DNA of 61,010 bases from Actinomycetota bacterium (GCA_015711955.1 JACVJK010000004.1:1-61010); one strand, 5' to 3'; shown: positions 38,694 through 49,314, numbered from the stretch's first letter. Numbers and translations: made by a program. The notes: a model not told the origin generated them from the letters alone.

Positions 38694-39883
38694 TGTATAT
38701 CAGGGGAAAAGAATACAAGTTCGACATCGTGGGCGGCTCGCTTTTTAGAGCCCCCAACATTTACTGGTTCGCTTTTTCCGCGCTGCTCATACTGGTGAGC
38801 GTGATGGCCTTGGTGGTTCTGGGCATTAATTGGGGCATCGAGTTCAAAGGAGGTTATCTGCTCAAGGTCAGGCTGGAAAGGCCAGCGGATATCGGGGAGG
38901 TTAGGACCACCCTGGCCGGGTATCGGGCCGACCTGGAGAAGAGCATCATCCAGACCTCCGAGGATGGAAAGGTTTTGACCCTGCGCATGCCATATATAGG
39001 GGACGCTCGGGAAAGGAAACAGGCGATAGATGGGATACAGTCGGAACTGGACACGAAATACGGCCTTGCCCAGATACTCCAGGAAGAGCAGGTGGGATCG
39101 GAATGGGGGGTCGAGGTAAGTCGAAAAGCCGTCATAGCTTTGGTGGCCTTTCTTTTTGCCATTCTGGTCTACATTACCTTTCGCTTGGAGTTCAAAATGG
39201 CCGTGGCAGCCATACTCGCTCTTGTCCATGACACCCTTGTAACGGTGGGGATATACGCTCTTTCCCGGCGCATGGTGAGCCCGGCCACGGTGATCGCTTT
39301 CCTCACCATCCTTGGTTACTCGCTGTACGACACCATCGTCGTCTTCGACAGGGTGGAGGAGAACGCGAATCTATACGCTAAGTCCAGGATACCTTTCCAC
39401 AAGATCGTCAACGAGAGCGTGAACCAGACCTTGATGCGATCCATAGGAACCTCGGTGACCACGCTTTTACCCATCGTCACCATACTGATCTTTGGGGGCG
39501 AGACGCTCAAGGATTTCGCTTTCGCCCTCCTTCTGGGAGTGTTGTTGGGAGGATATTCGTCCATATTCATCGCATCTCCTGTACTGGCCATGTGGAAGGA
39601 GAGGGAACCCCGCTACGCCACTCTCAGAGATAGGACACAGCCGACGAAAGGAGCCAAGGAAATAATCCTCAAGACTAAAACTGTGGAAGGGTCATTGGTC
39701 TCGGCGCCGGCCGATGTGGAGGGGAACGCTTTTGGGGAGAGGGGCAAGGCCACCGCTGTCATGCGCAAGAATTCACAGCCGAGGTCCGCCACGGGAGCAG
39801 CCGTCAAATCGGGTTCCAGCAAGAAGAAGGCAACGACCAAAGGTCCGGCTGGCGGTAAGAAGCGCAAGAAGAAAAAAAGGTGA
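38693..39883 (+). CDS. secF: Protein translocase subunit SecF, with a Lys/Arg-rich C-terminal tail
   Basis: GIEFKGG lies after TM1, and a SecDF-type 6-TM core is present. The gene overlaps the secD stop by 1 nt. The tail ends KKKATTKGPAGGKKRKKKKR. Confidence 0.92.
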   Translation: MYIRGKEYKFDIVGGSLFRAPNIYWFAFSALLILVSVMALVVLGINWGIEFKGGYLLKVRLERPADIGEVRTTLAGYRADLEKSIIQTSEDGKVLTLRMPYIGDARERKQAIDGIQSELDTKYGLAQILQEEQVGSEWGVEVSRKAVIALVAFLFAILVYITFRLEFKMAVAAILALVHDTLVTVGIYALSRRMVSPATVIAFLTILGYSLYDTIVVFDRVEENANLYAKSRIPFHKIVNESVNQTLMRSIGTSVTTLLPIVTILIFGGETLKDFAFALLLGVLLGGYSSIFIASPVLAMWKEREPRYATLRDRTQPTKGAKEIILKTKTVEGSLVSAPADVEGNAFGERGKATAVMRKNSQPRSATGAAVKSGSSKKKATTKGPAGGKKRKKKKR

Positions 39884-40386
39884 TCAAATCCGCGAGCGGA
39901 GGATTTCCCATGACCGGACACCCTCTTGTATGCGATCCCCCCATGATAGAGCCGAAAGAATTGAATAGGGTGGCCAGACCCGGGCGACGCTTGCCATCAT
40001 GGAGGGCATCGGGCCACAACCAGTATGGGATCCATGAAAATTGACGTCCGCGTTGCAGTTATCCTATCCCGCCATTGGTAAATGGTCCTCGAGCTCGGTG
40101 GAGATCTTGTGATGGACATGATTTTACTCGACCCTTGATGAAAGCTCTTGCCAAAAGTTAGTTGGCAAATAGTGGGTATAAAGGGTAAACCTTAGGTTTA
40201 TGTGATCTTAAGGCTTCGGTAGGCGAAGCCGACCATCTCATCGAATTAGGGTATGAAGGGGGGTAAGGCCCGCATAACCTCTTTTCAGGAACCAGGGGAA
40301 CCGTCCTCGTTTGCGGATTAAAACTTGACCCCCGTTGTCTTAAAATCGAATTAAACGATAGAGATTGAGCATATGGAGGAAAGGAT

Positions 40387-42570
40387 TTGTCGGTCCATAG
40401 TTTCGAAGGTTTGGTGGAGAAGGTTCTGTCCTACCAGGAGGACGGAGACATAACGCTGCTCCAAAAGGCCTACGAGTTTGCTTGTGTCCATCACGCCAAG
40501 CAGTACAGAAGGAGCGGGGAGGAATTCATACTCCATCCTTTGGGCGTGGCTCATATCTTGGCCGACATGCAGATGGATGAAGTCACCTTGGCCTCTGCTC
40601 TCCTGCACGACGTGGTTGAGGACACCGAGATAACCCTGGAACAGGTCAGAGAGGAGTTCGGGGAAGAGATATCAAACATCGTGGACGGGGTAACAAAGCT
40701 GGATCGCATGTCTTTTTCCAGCAGGGAGGAGGCCCAAGCGGAGAATTTCCGCAAGATGTTCGTGGCGATGGCCCAGGACATGCGCGTGATTATCATAAAG
40801 CTGGCGGATCGTTTGGACAACATGAGGACCATCGGTTACCTCCCCGAGGACAAACAGAAGGAGAAGGCCCTGGAGACGTTGGAGATATACGCTCCCCTGG
40901 CTCACCGGCTGGGCATCTCCCAACTCAAATGGCAGCTGGAGGACATCGCTTTTGCTACCCTTTATCCTCTGCATTTCAACGAGCTGGTTCACATGATGGA
41001 CCAGCGCCGGCCAGAGCGGGAAGCCTTCTTAGAGGGAGTGAAGGAGGTTTTGGAAGAGGAACTCAGAAAAGCCGGTATCGAAGGAAAGGTGGAGGGAAGG
41101 GTCAAGCATTATTACAGCATTTTCCTGAAGATGAAGGAGGGAGGCAAACAGTTCGACGAGATATACGATATTTTCGCCGTGAGGGTCCTGGTGGAAAGCA
41201 AGGAGGATTGCTACAAGACCTTGGGCCTGGTTCACACCCTTTGGCATCCACTGCCAGGGAGGATAAAGGACTATATCGCCAAGCCCAAGTTCGGCATATA
41301 TCAGAGCCTGCACACTACGGTCATAGGTCCTCAAGGAAGACCGCTGGAGATCCAGATCAGAACCCATGAGATGCACCAGGTGGCGGAATATGGCGTGGCT
41401 GCTCACTGGAGATATAAAGAATCCCAGAAGAGAAAGGTGAGGCCAAAGGATCAGGCGGCTTGGATGAAGAGGGTTCTGGAATGGCAAAGGGACCTTTCCG
41501 ATCCCAAGGAGTTCATGGAAGGTCTCAAGATAGACCTCTTCCAAGACGAGGTGTTCGTCTTCACTCCCAAGGGGGACATCGTGGATCTGCCCAAAGGGGC
41601 GACGCCAATTGACTTCGCTTACGCCATCCATACCGACGTAGGTCACCGATGCGTGGGCGCCAAGGTGAACGGCAGGTTGGTCCCCCTTCATTACGAGCTT
41701 CGCAACGGAGACATCGTCTACATCATAACCTCCAACACGTCTCCCGGGCCCTCCAAGGACTGGTTGCAGATGGTGAAGACCCCCAGGGCTAGGGCGAAGA
41801 TAAGGCAGTGGTTCTCTCGGGAGAGGAAGGAAGAGGACGCTCAACTGGGAAAAGAGCTCCTTTTGAAGGCCATACGCAAGGCGGGCCTCCCAGTAAAGAA
41901 AATCCAAGCCTCAGACCTTTTGGAAGCGGTGGCCACCGAGGATCTGGGTTTCGTCTCCCTGGAGGCCCTTTTCGCCAGCATAGGCTCGGGCAAGACGTCG
42001 CATCACAGCGTCATAACCCGTCTGTTGGCAAGGCTTTCACCGGAGGAAAAACCCAGAGAGACGGAGAGGAAGACGAGGAGGCGCAGGAAGCCCCCTTCTT
42101 ACACGCGAGGAGTCAAGGTGGACGGAGTGGAGAACGTTTTGGTAAGAATCGCCCACTGTTGCAACCCGGTGCCCTACGACCGAATCGTGGGGTTCGTGAC
42201 CAGAGGACGGGGCATCTCCGTTCATCGAGCGGATTGTCCCAACGCCGTGCACATGAGGAAGCAGGGTTACCGCCAGATAGAGGTTACCTGGGACACAAGC
42301 CAGCCCACTAGCTACCAGGTGGAAATCTGCGTGGAGGCCTTGGACCGTCCCAAACTACTTCGGGACATTACCACGGTGATGGGAGAGTACCACGTGAACA
42401 TCCTTTCCGCCACGCTGAACATAACCAAGGACAACGTGGCGGTGAGCAGGTTCATCTTCGAGCTGGGAGACATTTCCTGTCTTGAGGACATGTTGAGGAA
42501 CATCCGTCGCCTTGACTCGGTCTTCAGCGCCTACCGGGTTCTTCCCAGCACCGCCGTCTCAGAGGCATGA
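40387..42570 (+). CDS. relA: Bifunctional (p)ppGpp synthetase/hydrolase, RelA/SpoT (Rel) family
   Basis: The HD domain (HPLGVAHILADM...LLHDVVEDT), synthetase domain (YQSLHTTV), TGS and C-terminal ACT regions are present. The start is TTG. Confidence 0.95.
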   Translation: MSVHSFEGLVEKVLSYQEDGDITLLQKAYEFACVHHAKQYRRSGEEFILHPLGVAHILADMQMDEVTLASALLHDVVEDTEITLEQVREEFGEEISNIVDGVTKLDRMSFSSREEAQAENFRKMFVAMAQDMRVIIIKLADRLDNMRTIGYLPEDKQKEKALETLEIYAPLAHRLGISQLKWQLEDIAFATLYPLHFNELVHMMDQRRPEREAFLEGVKEVLEEELRKAGIEGKVEGRVKHYYSIFLKMKEGGKQFDEIYDIFAVRVLVESKEDCYKTLGLVHTLWHPLPGRIKDYIAKPKFGIYQSLHTTVIGPQGRPLEIQIRTHEMHQVAEYGVAAHWRYKESQKRKVRPKDQAAWMKRVLEWQRDLSDPKEFMEGLKIDLFQDEVFVFTPKGDIVDLPKGATPIDFAYAIHTDVGHRCVGAKVNGRLVPLHYELRNGDIVYIITSNTSPGPSKDWLQMVKTPRARAKIRQWFSRERKEEDAQLGKELLLKAIRKAGLPVKKIQASDLLEAVATEDLGFVSLEALFASIGSGKTSHHSVITRLLARLSPEEKPRETERKTRRRRKPPSYTRGVKVDGVENVLVRIAHCCNPVPYDRIVGFVTRGRGISVHRADCPNAVHMRKQGYRQIEVTWDTSQPTSYQVEICVEALDRPKLLRDITTVMGEYHVNILSATLNITKDNVAVSRFIFELGDISCLEDMLRNIRRLDSVFSAYRVLPSTAVSEA

Positions 42571-42703
42571 GCCCTTTACTGAGAAGGAGAAACGGGCTAC
42601 AGCTGAGCCCTCTCGACTTGAGAGTTTATGTCTTTCGCAAAAAGACGAGAACAGTGGCAAGGTGAATCCATACTACGATTGGCGTCGGGAGGTGGCGTTT
42701 CTC

Positions 42704-43147
42704 GTGAGGGCGCTCCTACAAAGGGTGGCAAAGTGCGTGGTGAGGGTGGATGGACAAGAGGTGTCCGCCATTGGCCGTGGCGTATTGGTGCTCTTGGGGA
42801 TATCGGTGGAGGACGAAGAAAGTGATGCTCGCCAAATGGCCGAGAAGGTGGTTCATTTGAGAATCTTCGATGACGAGGAAGGCAAGATGAACCTTTCCCT
42901 GAAACAGGTAAGAGGAGATGTCATGGTGGTTTCTCAGTTCACCCTTTACGGGGATGCTCGCAAGGGGAGGAGGCCAAGTTTCACCAGGGCGGCGCCACCC
43001 GAAAGGGCGGAACCCCTTTACCAGTACTTCTGTCAGCACTTGAGATCGATGGGGGTAAGGGTTAACACTGGGGTTTTTGGCGCCCATATGGAGGTGGAAC
43101 TGGTAAACGATGGTCCTGTAACCCTTCTTTTGGATAGCCGGGAATGA
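42704..43147 (+). CDS. dtd: D-aminoacyl-tRNA deacylase
   Basis: The sequence runs VRALLQRV...VSQFTLYGDARKGRRPSF...LVNDGPVT. GTG 42704 follows a GGGAGGTGG SD. The ORF-track start at 42512 overlaps relA. Confidence 0.9.
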   Translation: MRALLQRVAKCVVRVDGQEVSAIGRGVLVLLGISVEDEESDARQMAEKVVHLRIFDDEEGKMNLSLKQVRGDVMVVSQFTLYGDARKGRRPSFTRAAPPERAEPLYQYFCQHLRSMGVRVNTGVFGAHMEVELVNDGPVTLLLDSRE

Positions 43148-43325
43148 ACCCCGTGCCTGTCGTTGGATATCTCGAGAAAAAAGATCCTGGCGATGAGTCC
43201 ACACACTTTGTGCGTCTCGTGATCAGCCACCTCATAGGCTTTTTATGGTTGCCCGTTGACCGGGGTTATATAATTTGTGAGGCCGGCTAAGCGGCAAGCG
43301 ATCGTGAAGAGGGAGGAAGAACTTG

Positions 43326-43958
43326 ATGCAGGTGGAGACCTTGGTTTTGGGAATGCTGGCCACCAACTGTTATATATTGTTCGACGACGGGGACGGAAGG
43401 GCAGCCGTCATCGATCCGCCAGGGGAGATAAAAAAGATAATCTCCACCTTACACCGTCTCGATCTGGAATGCGTTGCCATATTGTGTACCCATGGGCACG
43501 TAGACCACGTGGCAGGTGCAGGTCCTCTGAGTGACGCAACGGATGCCCCCGTTATCATCCATCCCATGGATGCCGATGCCTTGGCTAGTCCCCGCACCCG
43601 ACTCGTGGGCCTTATGGGGGGCATGATGTCCGCCAGGCCCCGTCAGGTGTTGACGGTGGAGGACGGAGATGAGATAGAGGTGGGAACTCTAAAACTCAAG
43701 GCCATGCATACTCCTGGACATACTCGGGGGAGTATGAGCTTCTACTTGCCAGGAGCGCTATTCTGCGGGGATCTTATTTTTCAAGGATCCATAGGCAGAA
43801 CCGACCTGAGAGGAGGTTCTCTGCAGATGCTTTTGGAGTCGGCGAGGAGGAAGGTGTGGCCGCTTCCGGACGAGACGGTCATCTACCCTGGGCATGGGCC
43901 CGTCACCACCTTGGGCGTGGAGAAAAAATCCAATCCATTCCTCATGGGCCTGGATTGA
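43326..43958 (+). CDS. MBL-fold metallo-hydrolase (hydroxyacylglutathione hydrolase-like)
   Basis: Motifs THGHVDHVAG, HTPGHTRGS and PGHGP are present. Confidence 0.85.
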   Translation: MQVETLVLGMLATNCYILFDDGDGRAAVIDPPGEIKKIISTLHRLDLECVAILCTHGHVDHVAGAGPLSDATDAPVIIHPMDADALASPRTRLVGLMGGMMSARPRQVLTVEDGDEIEVGTLKLKAMHTPGHTRGSMSFYLPGALFCGDLIFQGSIGRTDLRGGSLQMLLESARRKVWPLPDETVIYPGHGPVTTLGVEKKSNPFLMGLD

Positions 43959-44104
43959 GGAGAAGAAGCGAAAGGGAACCCTGTTCATGGCGCTTGGGCT
44001 CCTCCGATAGCGGAGGATTGAGCGGGGAGATCGCTTGATGGTTGGATGAGGGGATTGGCCGATCCAGTCGGTGGGGCCTTTGGCATGGATGGGAAGAACG
44101 GGAG

Positions 44105-45352
44105 ATGGTCAGATACAGAGCACCCCGCGGAATGGAGGATATACTTCCTCCCCGCAGCAAGACAATGAGGCGTTTGGAGGAGATCGCCAGGGAGCTCCTG
44201 GCGCTTTATGGTTACGACGAGATCATACTCCCAGTGATGGAACAGGCAGAACTATACCTGCGCAGCATCGGGGAGGAAACGGACATCGTTCAGAAAGAGA
44301 TGTTCATCCTGGAGGACAGAGCCGGAAGGAAATTGGCCCTCAGGCCGGAGGCCACTGCGGGGGTAGCCCGGGCTTTCGTGGAGCACGGCATGGATCGAGG
44401 GGGACTTCCGGTGAAGCTCTTTTACGTGGGGCCGATGTTCCGACACGAAAGGCCTCAGGCTGGAAGGTATAGGCAGTTCCATCAGTTGGGGGTCGAGCTC
44501 ATAGGCCCGGCTAGCCCAGAGGCCGACGCCGAGACCATCCTCCTCGCCCTCCACATATTAAAGCGGGCTGATATCCCGGTGGAACTTAGGTTGAACACGG
44601 TGGGGGACGCCTCATGTCGTCCATCCTACTTGAGGGAGCTGTTGGGGTTTCTCCGGAAAAGAGGTGAGCAACTGTGCGGTGAATGCCAGAGGAGGATCGA
44701 GAGGAATCCCCTCCGGGTGTTGGATTGCAAGGAGCCAAGATGTAGGGAAATATTGAAAGAGGCTCCCCTCATTCACGATAGCCTCTGTGCCGAATGCAGG
44801 GCTCATTGGGAAGAGCTTTTGGATGTGTTGCGGCAGCAAGGGGTTGAGCCGCTGATCGACCCCTTACTGGTAAGGGGGCTGGATTACTACACCCGTACGG
44901 TGTTCGAACTAGTCTCGCCGAACTTAGGGGCTCAAAACGCGGTGGCGGCGGGAGGAAGGTACGATTACCTGATTGAGGAGATGGGTGGCAAGAGAACGCC
45001 GGCGGTGGGATTTTCCCTGGGAATGGAGAGAGCCTTACTCCTCATGGGTGATCGGGATGATATACGGGAGGGCGTTTATGTGGTGGCCCAATCAGAAACC
45101 GCTCGCAGGCAGGCTTTGAATCTTGCCATGGAACTGCGGAAGCGTGGCCTGCGGGCGGAGGTTGACGTCATGAGAAGAAGCCTTAAAGCCCAGATGAGGG
45201 AGGCGGACCGTCGGAACTTCCAATATGCGGTCATACTGGGCGAAGAAGAGCTTGCTGGAGGGTATTTGACCTTAAAGGACATGGCTGAAGGAGTTCAACG
45301 TACGACATCCTGGGATGGCCTCCTTTCGGGAAACTTCGAGGCCATGGAATGA
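44105..45352 (+). CDS. hisS: Histidine--tRNA ligase
   Basis: Motifs PRGMEDILP, MFRHERPQAGRYRQFHQ and AAGGRYD are present. The start is taken at ATG 44105. Confidence 0.95.
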   Translation: MVRYRAPRGMEDILPPRSKTMRRLEEIARELLALYGYDEIILPVMEQAELYLRSIGEETDIVQKEMFILEDRAGRKLALRPEATAGVARAFVEHGMDRGGLPVKLFYVGPMFRHERPQAGRYRQFHQLGVELIGPASPEADAETILLALHILKRADIPVELRLNTVGDASCRPSYLRELLGFLRKRGEQLCGECQRRIERNPLRVLDCKEPRCREILKEAPLIHDSLCAECRAHWEELLDVLRQQGVEPLIDPLLVRGLDYYTRTVFELVSPNLGAQNAVAAGGRYDYLIEEMGGKRTPAVGFSLGMERALLLMGDRDDIREGVYVVAQSETARRQALNLAMELRKRGLRAEVDVMRRSLKAQMREADRRNFQYAVILGEEELAGGYLTLKDMAEGVQRTTSWDGLLSGNFEAME

Positions 45353-45438
45353 CCTCGTTATGTCTGTACCCGAACAAAGAACGGTTAACCCTGGGAATAG
45401 CGCAGATGATAGTTAACGGGCGAGAAAAGGGAGAGAAG

Positions 45439-47208
45439 ATGGCCGGTTCGGCATGGGAAAAGAGGACTCGATATTGCGGCACGCTGAGCAAGAAAGACGT
45501 GGGCAACCGGGTTGTCCTCAACGGTTGGGTGCATAGAAGAAGGGATCACGGAGGCGTGGTATTCATCGACTTGCGAGACGTCAGCGGCTTGGTGCAGGTG
45601 GTTTTCAATCCGGAGGTGAGCCCGGAAGCCCATGCCAAGGCGGGTGAGCTCAGGTCAGAATATGTAGTGAGCTGCGCCGGTGAGGTGAGGTTGCGGCCGG
45701 AGGATTCGATCAACCCCAAGCTTTCCACCGGTGAGATTGAGGTGGTGGCGGACAGAATTAGTATCATATCCGCTTCTCTTACCCCACCCTTCGAGATCGT
45801 CGATGGCATAAAAGTGGACGAAGCTTTGCGGCTGAAATATCGGTATCTTGACATTAGGCGGACGGAGGTAAGGGAGGCCTTGCTTTTACGAGCCAAGGCG
45901 ACTTCCGAGATCAGGAGGTTTCTCGAAGGAAAGGGCTTCGTGGAGATAGAAACTCCTTTGCTCACCAAAAGCACTCCCGAGGGAGCCAGGGATTTCGTGG
46001 TGCCTTCCCGACTTCAGCCCGGAAGATTCTACGCCCTACCCCAGTCCCCCCAGCTCTTCAAGCAGCTCCTGATGGTGGCGGGTATTGACAGGTATTACCA
46101 GATAGCCAGGTGTTTCCGGGACGAGGATCTGCGAGCGGACCGACAACCAGAATTCACGCAGGTGGATTTGGAGATGTCCTTCGTTTGCCCAGAAGACGTG
46201 ATGGGAATCACCGAGGAACTGCTGATACACGTGTGCCAAGAGGTTTTCGGGATAGAGCCCATTCAACCTTTCCCTCGGCTTCCTTACCGGGAATGCGTGG
46301 AGAGATACGGTACCGATTCCCCCGATCTTCGCATGGGAATGCCCATTATCGACTTCACCGAAGTTTTCGGCTCCACTGAGCTTCGAGTGTTCAGGAAAGC
46401 ATTGGAAGAAGGAGGGAGGGTCAGGGGCCTGAAGGTGGAAGGGCTGAGAAGGCCTTCCCGACGGGAGCTGGACATGATGGTGGAGGAAGCCATCCGGTTG
46501 GGGGCGGGAGGCCTGGTCTGGGCGGTCAAGGAGGGTGATGCCCTGAAATCGCCCGTGGCGAAATTCCTCACTCGAGAGGAATGTGAAGGCTTGGTGGGTA
46601 GATCTGGCCTCGAAGAGGGAGAGGTTCTTCTCTTGGCGGCGGGGCAGGACGAGGCCACCTCTACGGTGCTGGATGGCTTACGCCGCTGGTGTGCCGAGCG
46701 CTACGACAGCCGGGAGCAAGGGTTCCGCTTTGTGTGGGTCACCGACTTCCCCCTTTTCGAATGGGACGAGGAAGAGAGGCGCTATAAGTCTCACCACCAC
46801 CCATTCACCAGCCCTTCCCCGGAGTGTATCCGGGTTTTGGAGAAAATGCCCCTGGAGGTCACATCTCAGTCCTACGACATAATCCTCAACGGTGTGGAGA
46901 TAGGAGGGGGCAGCATCCGTATCCATGACCCCGCTCTGCAGGAGAGGGTATTCTCTCTCCTGGGAATCTCTCGGCAAGAGGCGGAGAACAAGTTCGGCTT
47001 CCTCTTGGAAGCCCTGAAGTTCGGGGCTCCGCCCCACGGAGGTATCGCGTTGGGCCTAGACCGCTTGATAATGCTGCTGGTGGGTCGGGAGAGTATACGC
47101 GAGGTAATTGCCTTTCCCAAGACCCAGTCCGGTTCCGACCCTCTTACCGGTGCCCCAGACCACCTGTATCCAGAGCAATTGAGGGAGCTGAGGCTGAGAA
47201 CCTTTTGA
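45439..47208 (+). CDS. aspS: Aspartate--tRNA ligase (bacterial type)
   Basis: Motifs GWVHRRRDHGGVVFIDLRD, LPQSPQLFKQLLM, CFRDEDLRADRQPEFTQ and GGGSIRIH are present. ATG 45439 follows AAGGGAGAG. Confidence 0.95.
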   Translation: MAGSAWEKRTRYCGTLSKKDVGNRVVLNGWVHRRRDHGGVVFIDLRDVSGLVQVVFNPEVSPEAHAKAGELRSEYVVSCAGEVRLRPEDSINPKLSTGEIEVVADRISIISASLTPPFEIVDGIKVDEALRLKYRYLDIRRTEVREALLLRAKATSEIRRFLEGKGFVEIETPLLTKSTPEGARDFVVPSRLQPGRFYALPQSPQLFKQLLMVAGIDRYYQIARCFRDEDLRADRQPEFTQVDLEMSFVCPEDVMGITEELLIHVCQEVFGIEPIQPFPRLPYRECVERYGTDSPDLRMGMPIIDFTEVFGSTELRVFRKALEEGGRVRGLKVEGLRRPSRRELDMMVEEAIRLGAGGLVWAVKEGDALKSPVAKFLTREECEGLVGRSGLEEGEVLLLAAGQDEATSTVLDGLRRWCAERYDSREQGFRFVWVTDFPLFEWDEEERRYKSHHHPFTSPSPECIRVLEKMPLEVTSQSYDIILNGVEIGGGSIRIHDPALQERVFSLLGISRQEAENKFGFLLEALKFGAPPHGGIALGLDRLIMLLVGRESIREVIAFPKTQSGSDPLTGAPDHLYPEQLRELRLRTF

Positions 47209-47852
47209 CCGCACTTCGGGGGTGCGATGGATACCGCAGTTACGAGATGGCGGTGGATAGGGGTCTTTTTATCTTCTCTCTGAGTCGGGATGGTGACGGA
47301 CAAAACTTGATCGTTTGACTCTTTTGGTGGATGGGTTTCCTCCATTTGTCCCTTAAGAAAATCGTTCAAGAGGTCGAGTGTTGAATCGAGTATTGAGATA
47401 AAATGTTTTTGAGCGAAGGGGCTCTGCCTTGCGCGATTGCCGTCGAAGGTGTCCTTGAGCCAACACCAACAGACGGGGAGCCGATTTCCGTCGGTTCGAG
47501 GTAATGCCCTGAATGGGACTACGGAGGATCGTGCGGTAGGCGCCCACCTGCGAGGGGAGCAGGTTCATGGGCACGGCGGAGACGGCAAGGCGGAGCCCAT
47601 TTCCTATCGAGTGAAACACATGTCTGGGGAAAATTGCCCACCCCCCCTCTTCCCGGAAACGTCACACCTTATCCTCTCCATGATCAGTGGCGATGTATCT
47701 GGCCTGAGGGAGGACGAGAAAATAGGATACTGCTCACCGTGCCAACCATATCATAGGACGCTTTGTCCCGCGATTTCCTCAGTTATCCCTGGCGTGGGTT
47801 ATCCTTTTCACGGATGAAGCGTTCACCGTGAGCTTTTAGTGGAGAACACGAT

Positions 47853-49217
47853 ATGGATCTGTTCGAGTATGCCCTGAAAACGAGCTTGGGAAAGGGGGCA
47901 CCTTTGGCCCTCCGCATGCGACCTCGTAGCTTAGAGGAGTTCGAGGGCCAAGAAGAGGTGGTGGGAAAGGACAGCTTGCTGCGGAGGGCGTTGGAGAGGG
48001 ACGAATTGCGCTCCGCGATCTTTTGGGGTCCTCCCGGTTCAGGGAAGACCACGTTGGCCATGATCATCGCCGAGAGGACCAAGTCCTTCTTTGTGCAGGT
48101 CAAGGCGGTAATCAGCGGTGTGGCAGAGTTGAGGAGAGTCATTGAAGAGGCAAGGGAAAGGAGGGTGAGTGAAGGAAGGGGTACCATACTTTTCGTAGAC
48201 GAGATTCACCGCTTCAACAAAGCACAGCAGGACGTTCTCCTGCCTTACGTGGAGGACGGCACGGTGATTCTCATCGGCGCCACCACGGAAAACCCTTATT
48301 ACGAAGTGAACTCCTCCTTAGTGTCACGATCCACCGTCTTCAGGCTCAGGCCCCTGCGGGAGGAAGAGATCGAACGCATCCTACGGCGGGCCCTGGAGGA
48401 CAGCGAGAGAGGACTGGGGGAACTGAAGCTGCGGGCCAGACCAGAAGCCCTCGCTCATATAGCAAGGTCGGCGGCCGGGGATGCTCGCGTGGCCCTTAAC
48501 CTCTTGGAGGCGGCAGCCCTGATGGTGGGCAAAAAAGGGGGCGTCATCGACCTCGAGGTGGCTGAGAGAGCCGCTAGGAAAAAGGCGTTACTGTATGACC
48601 GAGATGGTGATGTTCACTATGATGTGATATCGGCTTTCATAAAGTCCCTGAGAGGATCCGACCCGCACGCCGCGGTTTACTGGTTGGCACGGATGATAGA
48701 GTACGGGGAGGACCCTCGCTTCATCGCCCGCAGAATGGTGATATTTGCCTCCGAGGACGTGGGTCTGGCGGACAGCCGAGCTCTGCAAGTGGCGGTGGCG
48801 GCTGCTCAGGCCGTGGAGTTCGTGGGTCTTCCCGAGGCCGCCCTAAACCTAGCCCACGCGGCACTTTACCTGTCCCTGGCCCCAAAAAGCAACTCGGTTC
48901 TCACCGCATTTCAGGAAGCCAGGAAAGAGTTGGAGAGGGGAGTAACGGGTGAGGTACCACTGCACCTCAGGGACTCCCACCATCCTGGGTTGAGAGAACA
49001 TGGACACGGGGCGGGCTACCTTTATCCTCACAATTTTCCCGGAGGATACGTGAGGCAAAGATATCTGCCGGAGGAATTGGCGGATAAGGAATTTTATCGC
49101 CCCGGGCAAGAGGGGGAGGAACGAGAACTCTCAGCCGGGTGGAAGATGAGAATAGAGGGAAAGGACCAGGGTGTTGACGGAAAGAATGGCAAACCGGTCA
49201 CCGAGGAGCCAAGTTGA
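47853..49217 (+). CDS. rarA: Replication-associated recombination protein A (MgsA/RarA AAA+ ATPase)
   Basis: Motifs RPRSLEEFEGQ, FWGPPGSGKTT, LFVDEIHRFNKAQQD, GATTENPYYEVN and the MgsA C-terminal domain are present. Confidence 0.93.
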   Translation: MDLFEYALKTSLGKGAPLALRMRPRSLEEFEGQEEVVGKDSLLRRALERDELRSAIFWGPPGSGKTTLAMIIAERTKSFFVQVKAVISGVAELRRVIEEARERRVSEGRGTILFVDEIHRFNKAQQDVLLPYVEDGTVILIGATTENPYYEVNSSLVSRSTVFRLRPLREEEIERILRRALEDSERGLGELKLRARPEALAHIARSAAGDARVALNLLEAAALMVGKKGGVIDLEVAERAARKKALLYDRDGDVHYDVISAFIKSLRGSDPHAAVYWLARMIEYGEDPRFIARRMVIFASEDVGLADSRALQVAVAAAQAVEFVGLPEAALNLAHAALYLSLAPKSNSVLTAFQEARKELERGVTGEVPLHLRDSHHPGLREHGHGAGYLYPHNFPGGYVRQRYLPEELADKEFYRPGQEGEERELSAGWKMRIEGKDQGVDGKNGKPVTEEPS

Positions 49218-49266
49218 CACCCCTTTTTCCCCGGTGCTATCCTCGAAAACGTTGAACCGAGGATTG

Positions 49267-49289
49267 AAACCGCCGGATTCGGCGGTTTT
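49267..49289 (+). terminator. Rho-independent terminator-like hairpin after rarA
   Basis: AAACCGCCG-gatt-CGGCGGTTT forms a perfect 9-bp stem followed by a T. It lies 50 nt after the rarA stop and 26 nt before iscU. Confidence 0.55.
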
Positions 49290-49314
49290 GGATTAAAGGA
49301 AGGAGAAAAGTCCT

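Noticed and set aside
41029-41907. A 292-aa minus-strand ORF.
   Set aside because: It lies antisense to the relA synthetase/TGS region and has no recognisable motifs.
44000-44017. A perfect hairpin TCCTCCG-atag-CGGAGGA between the MBL hydrolase gene and hisS, considered as a terminator or SD-sequestering element.
   Set aside because: No U-tract follows it, and the GGAGGA is too far from any plausible hisS start (TTG 44042, ATG 44105) to be its SD. Its function is not supportable from sequence alone.
47437-47817. A 126-aa plus-strand ORF in the aspS-rarA gap.
   Set aside because: It has no SD, no recognisable domain and a biased Gly/Arg/Pro composition. The region is kept only as an unexplained non-coding gap.
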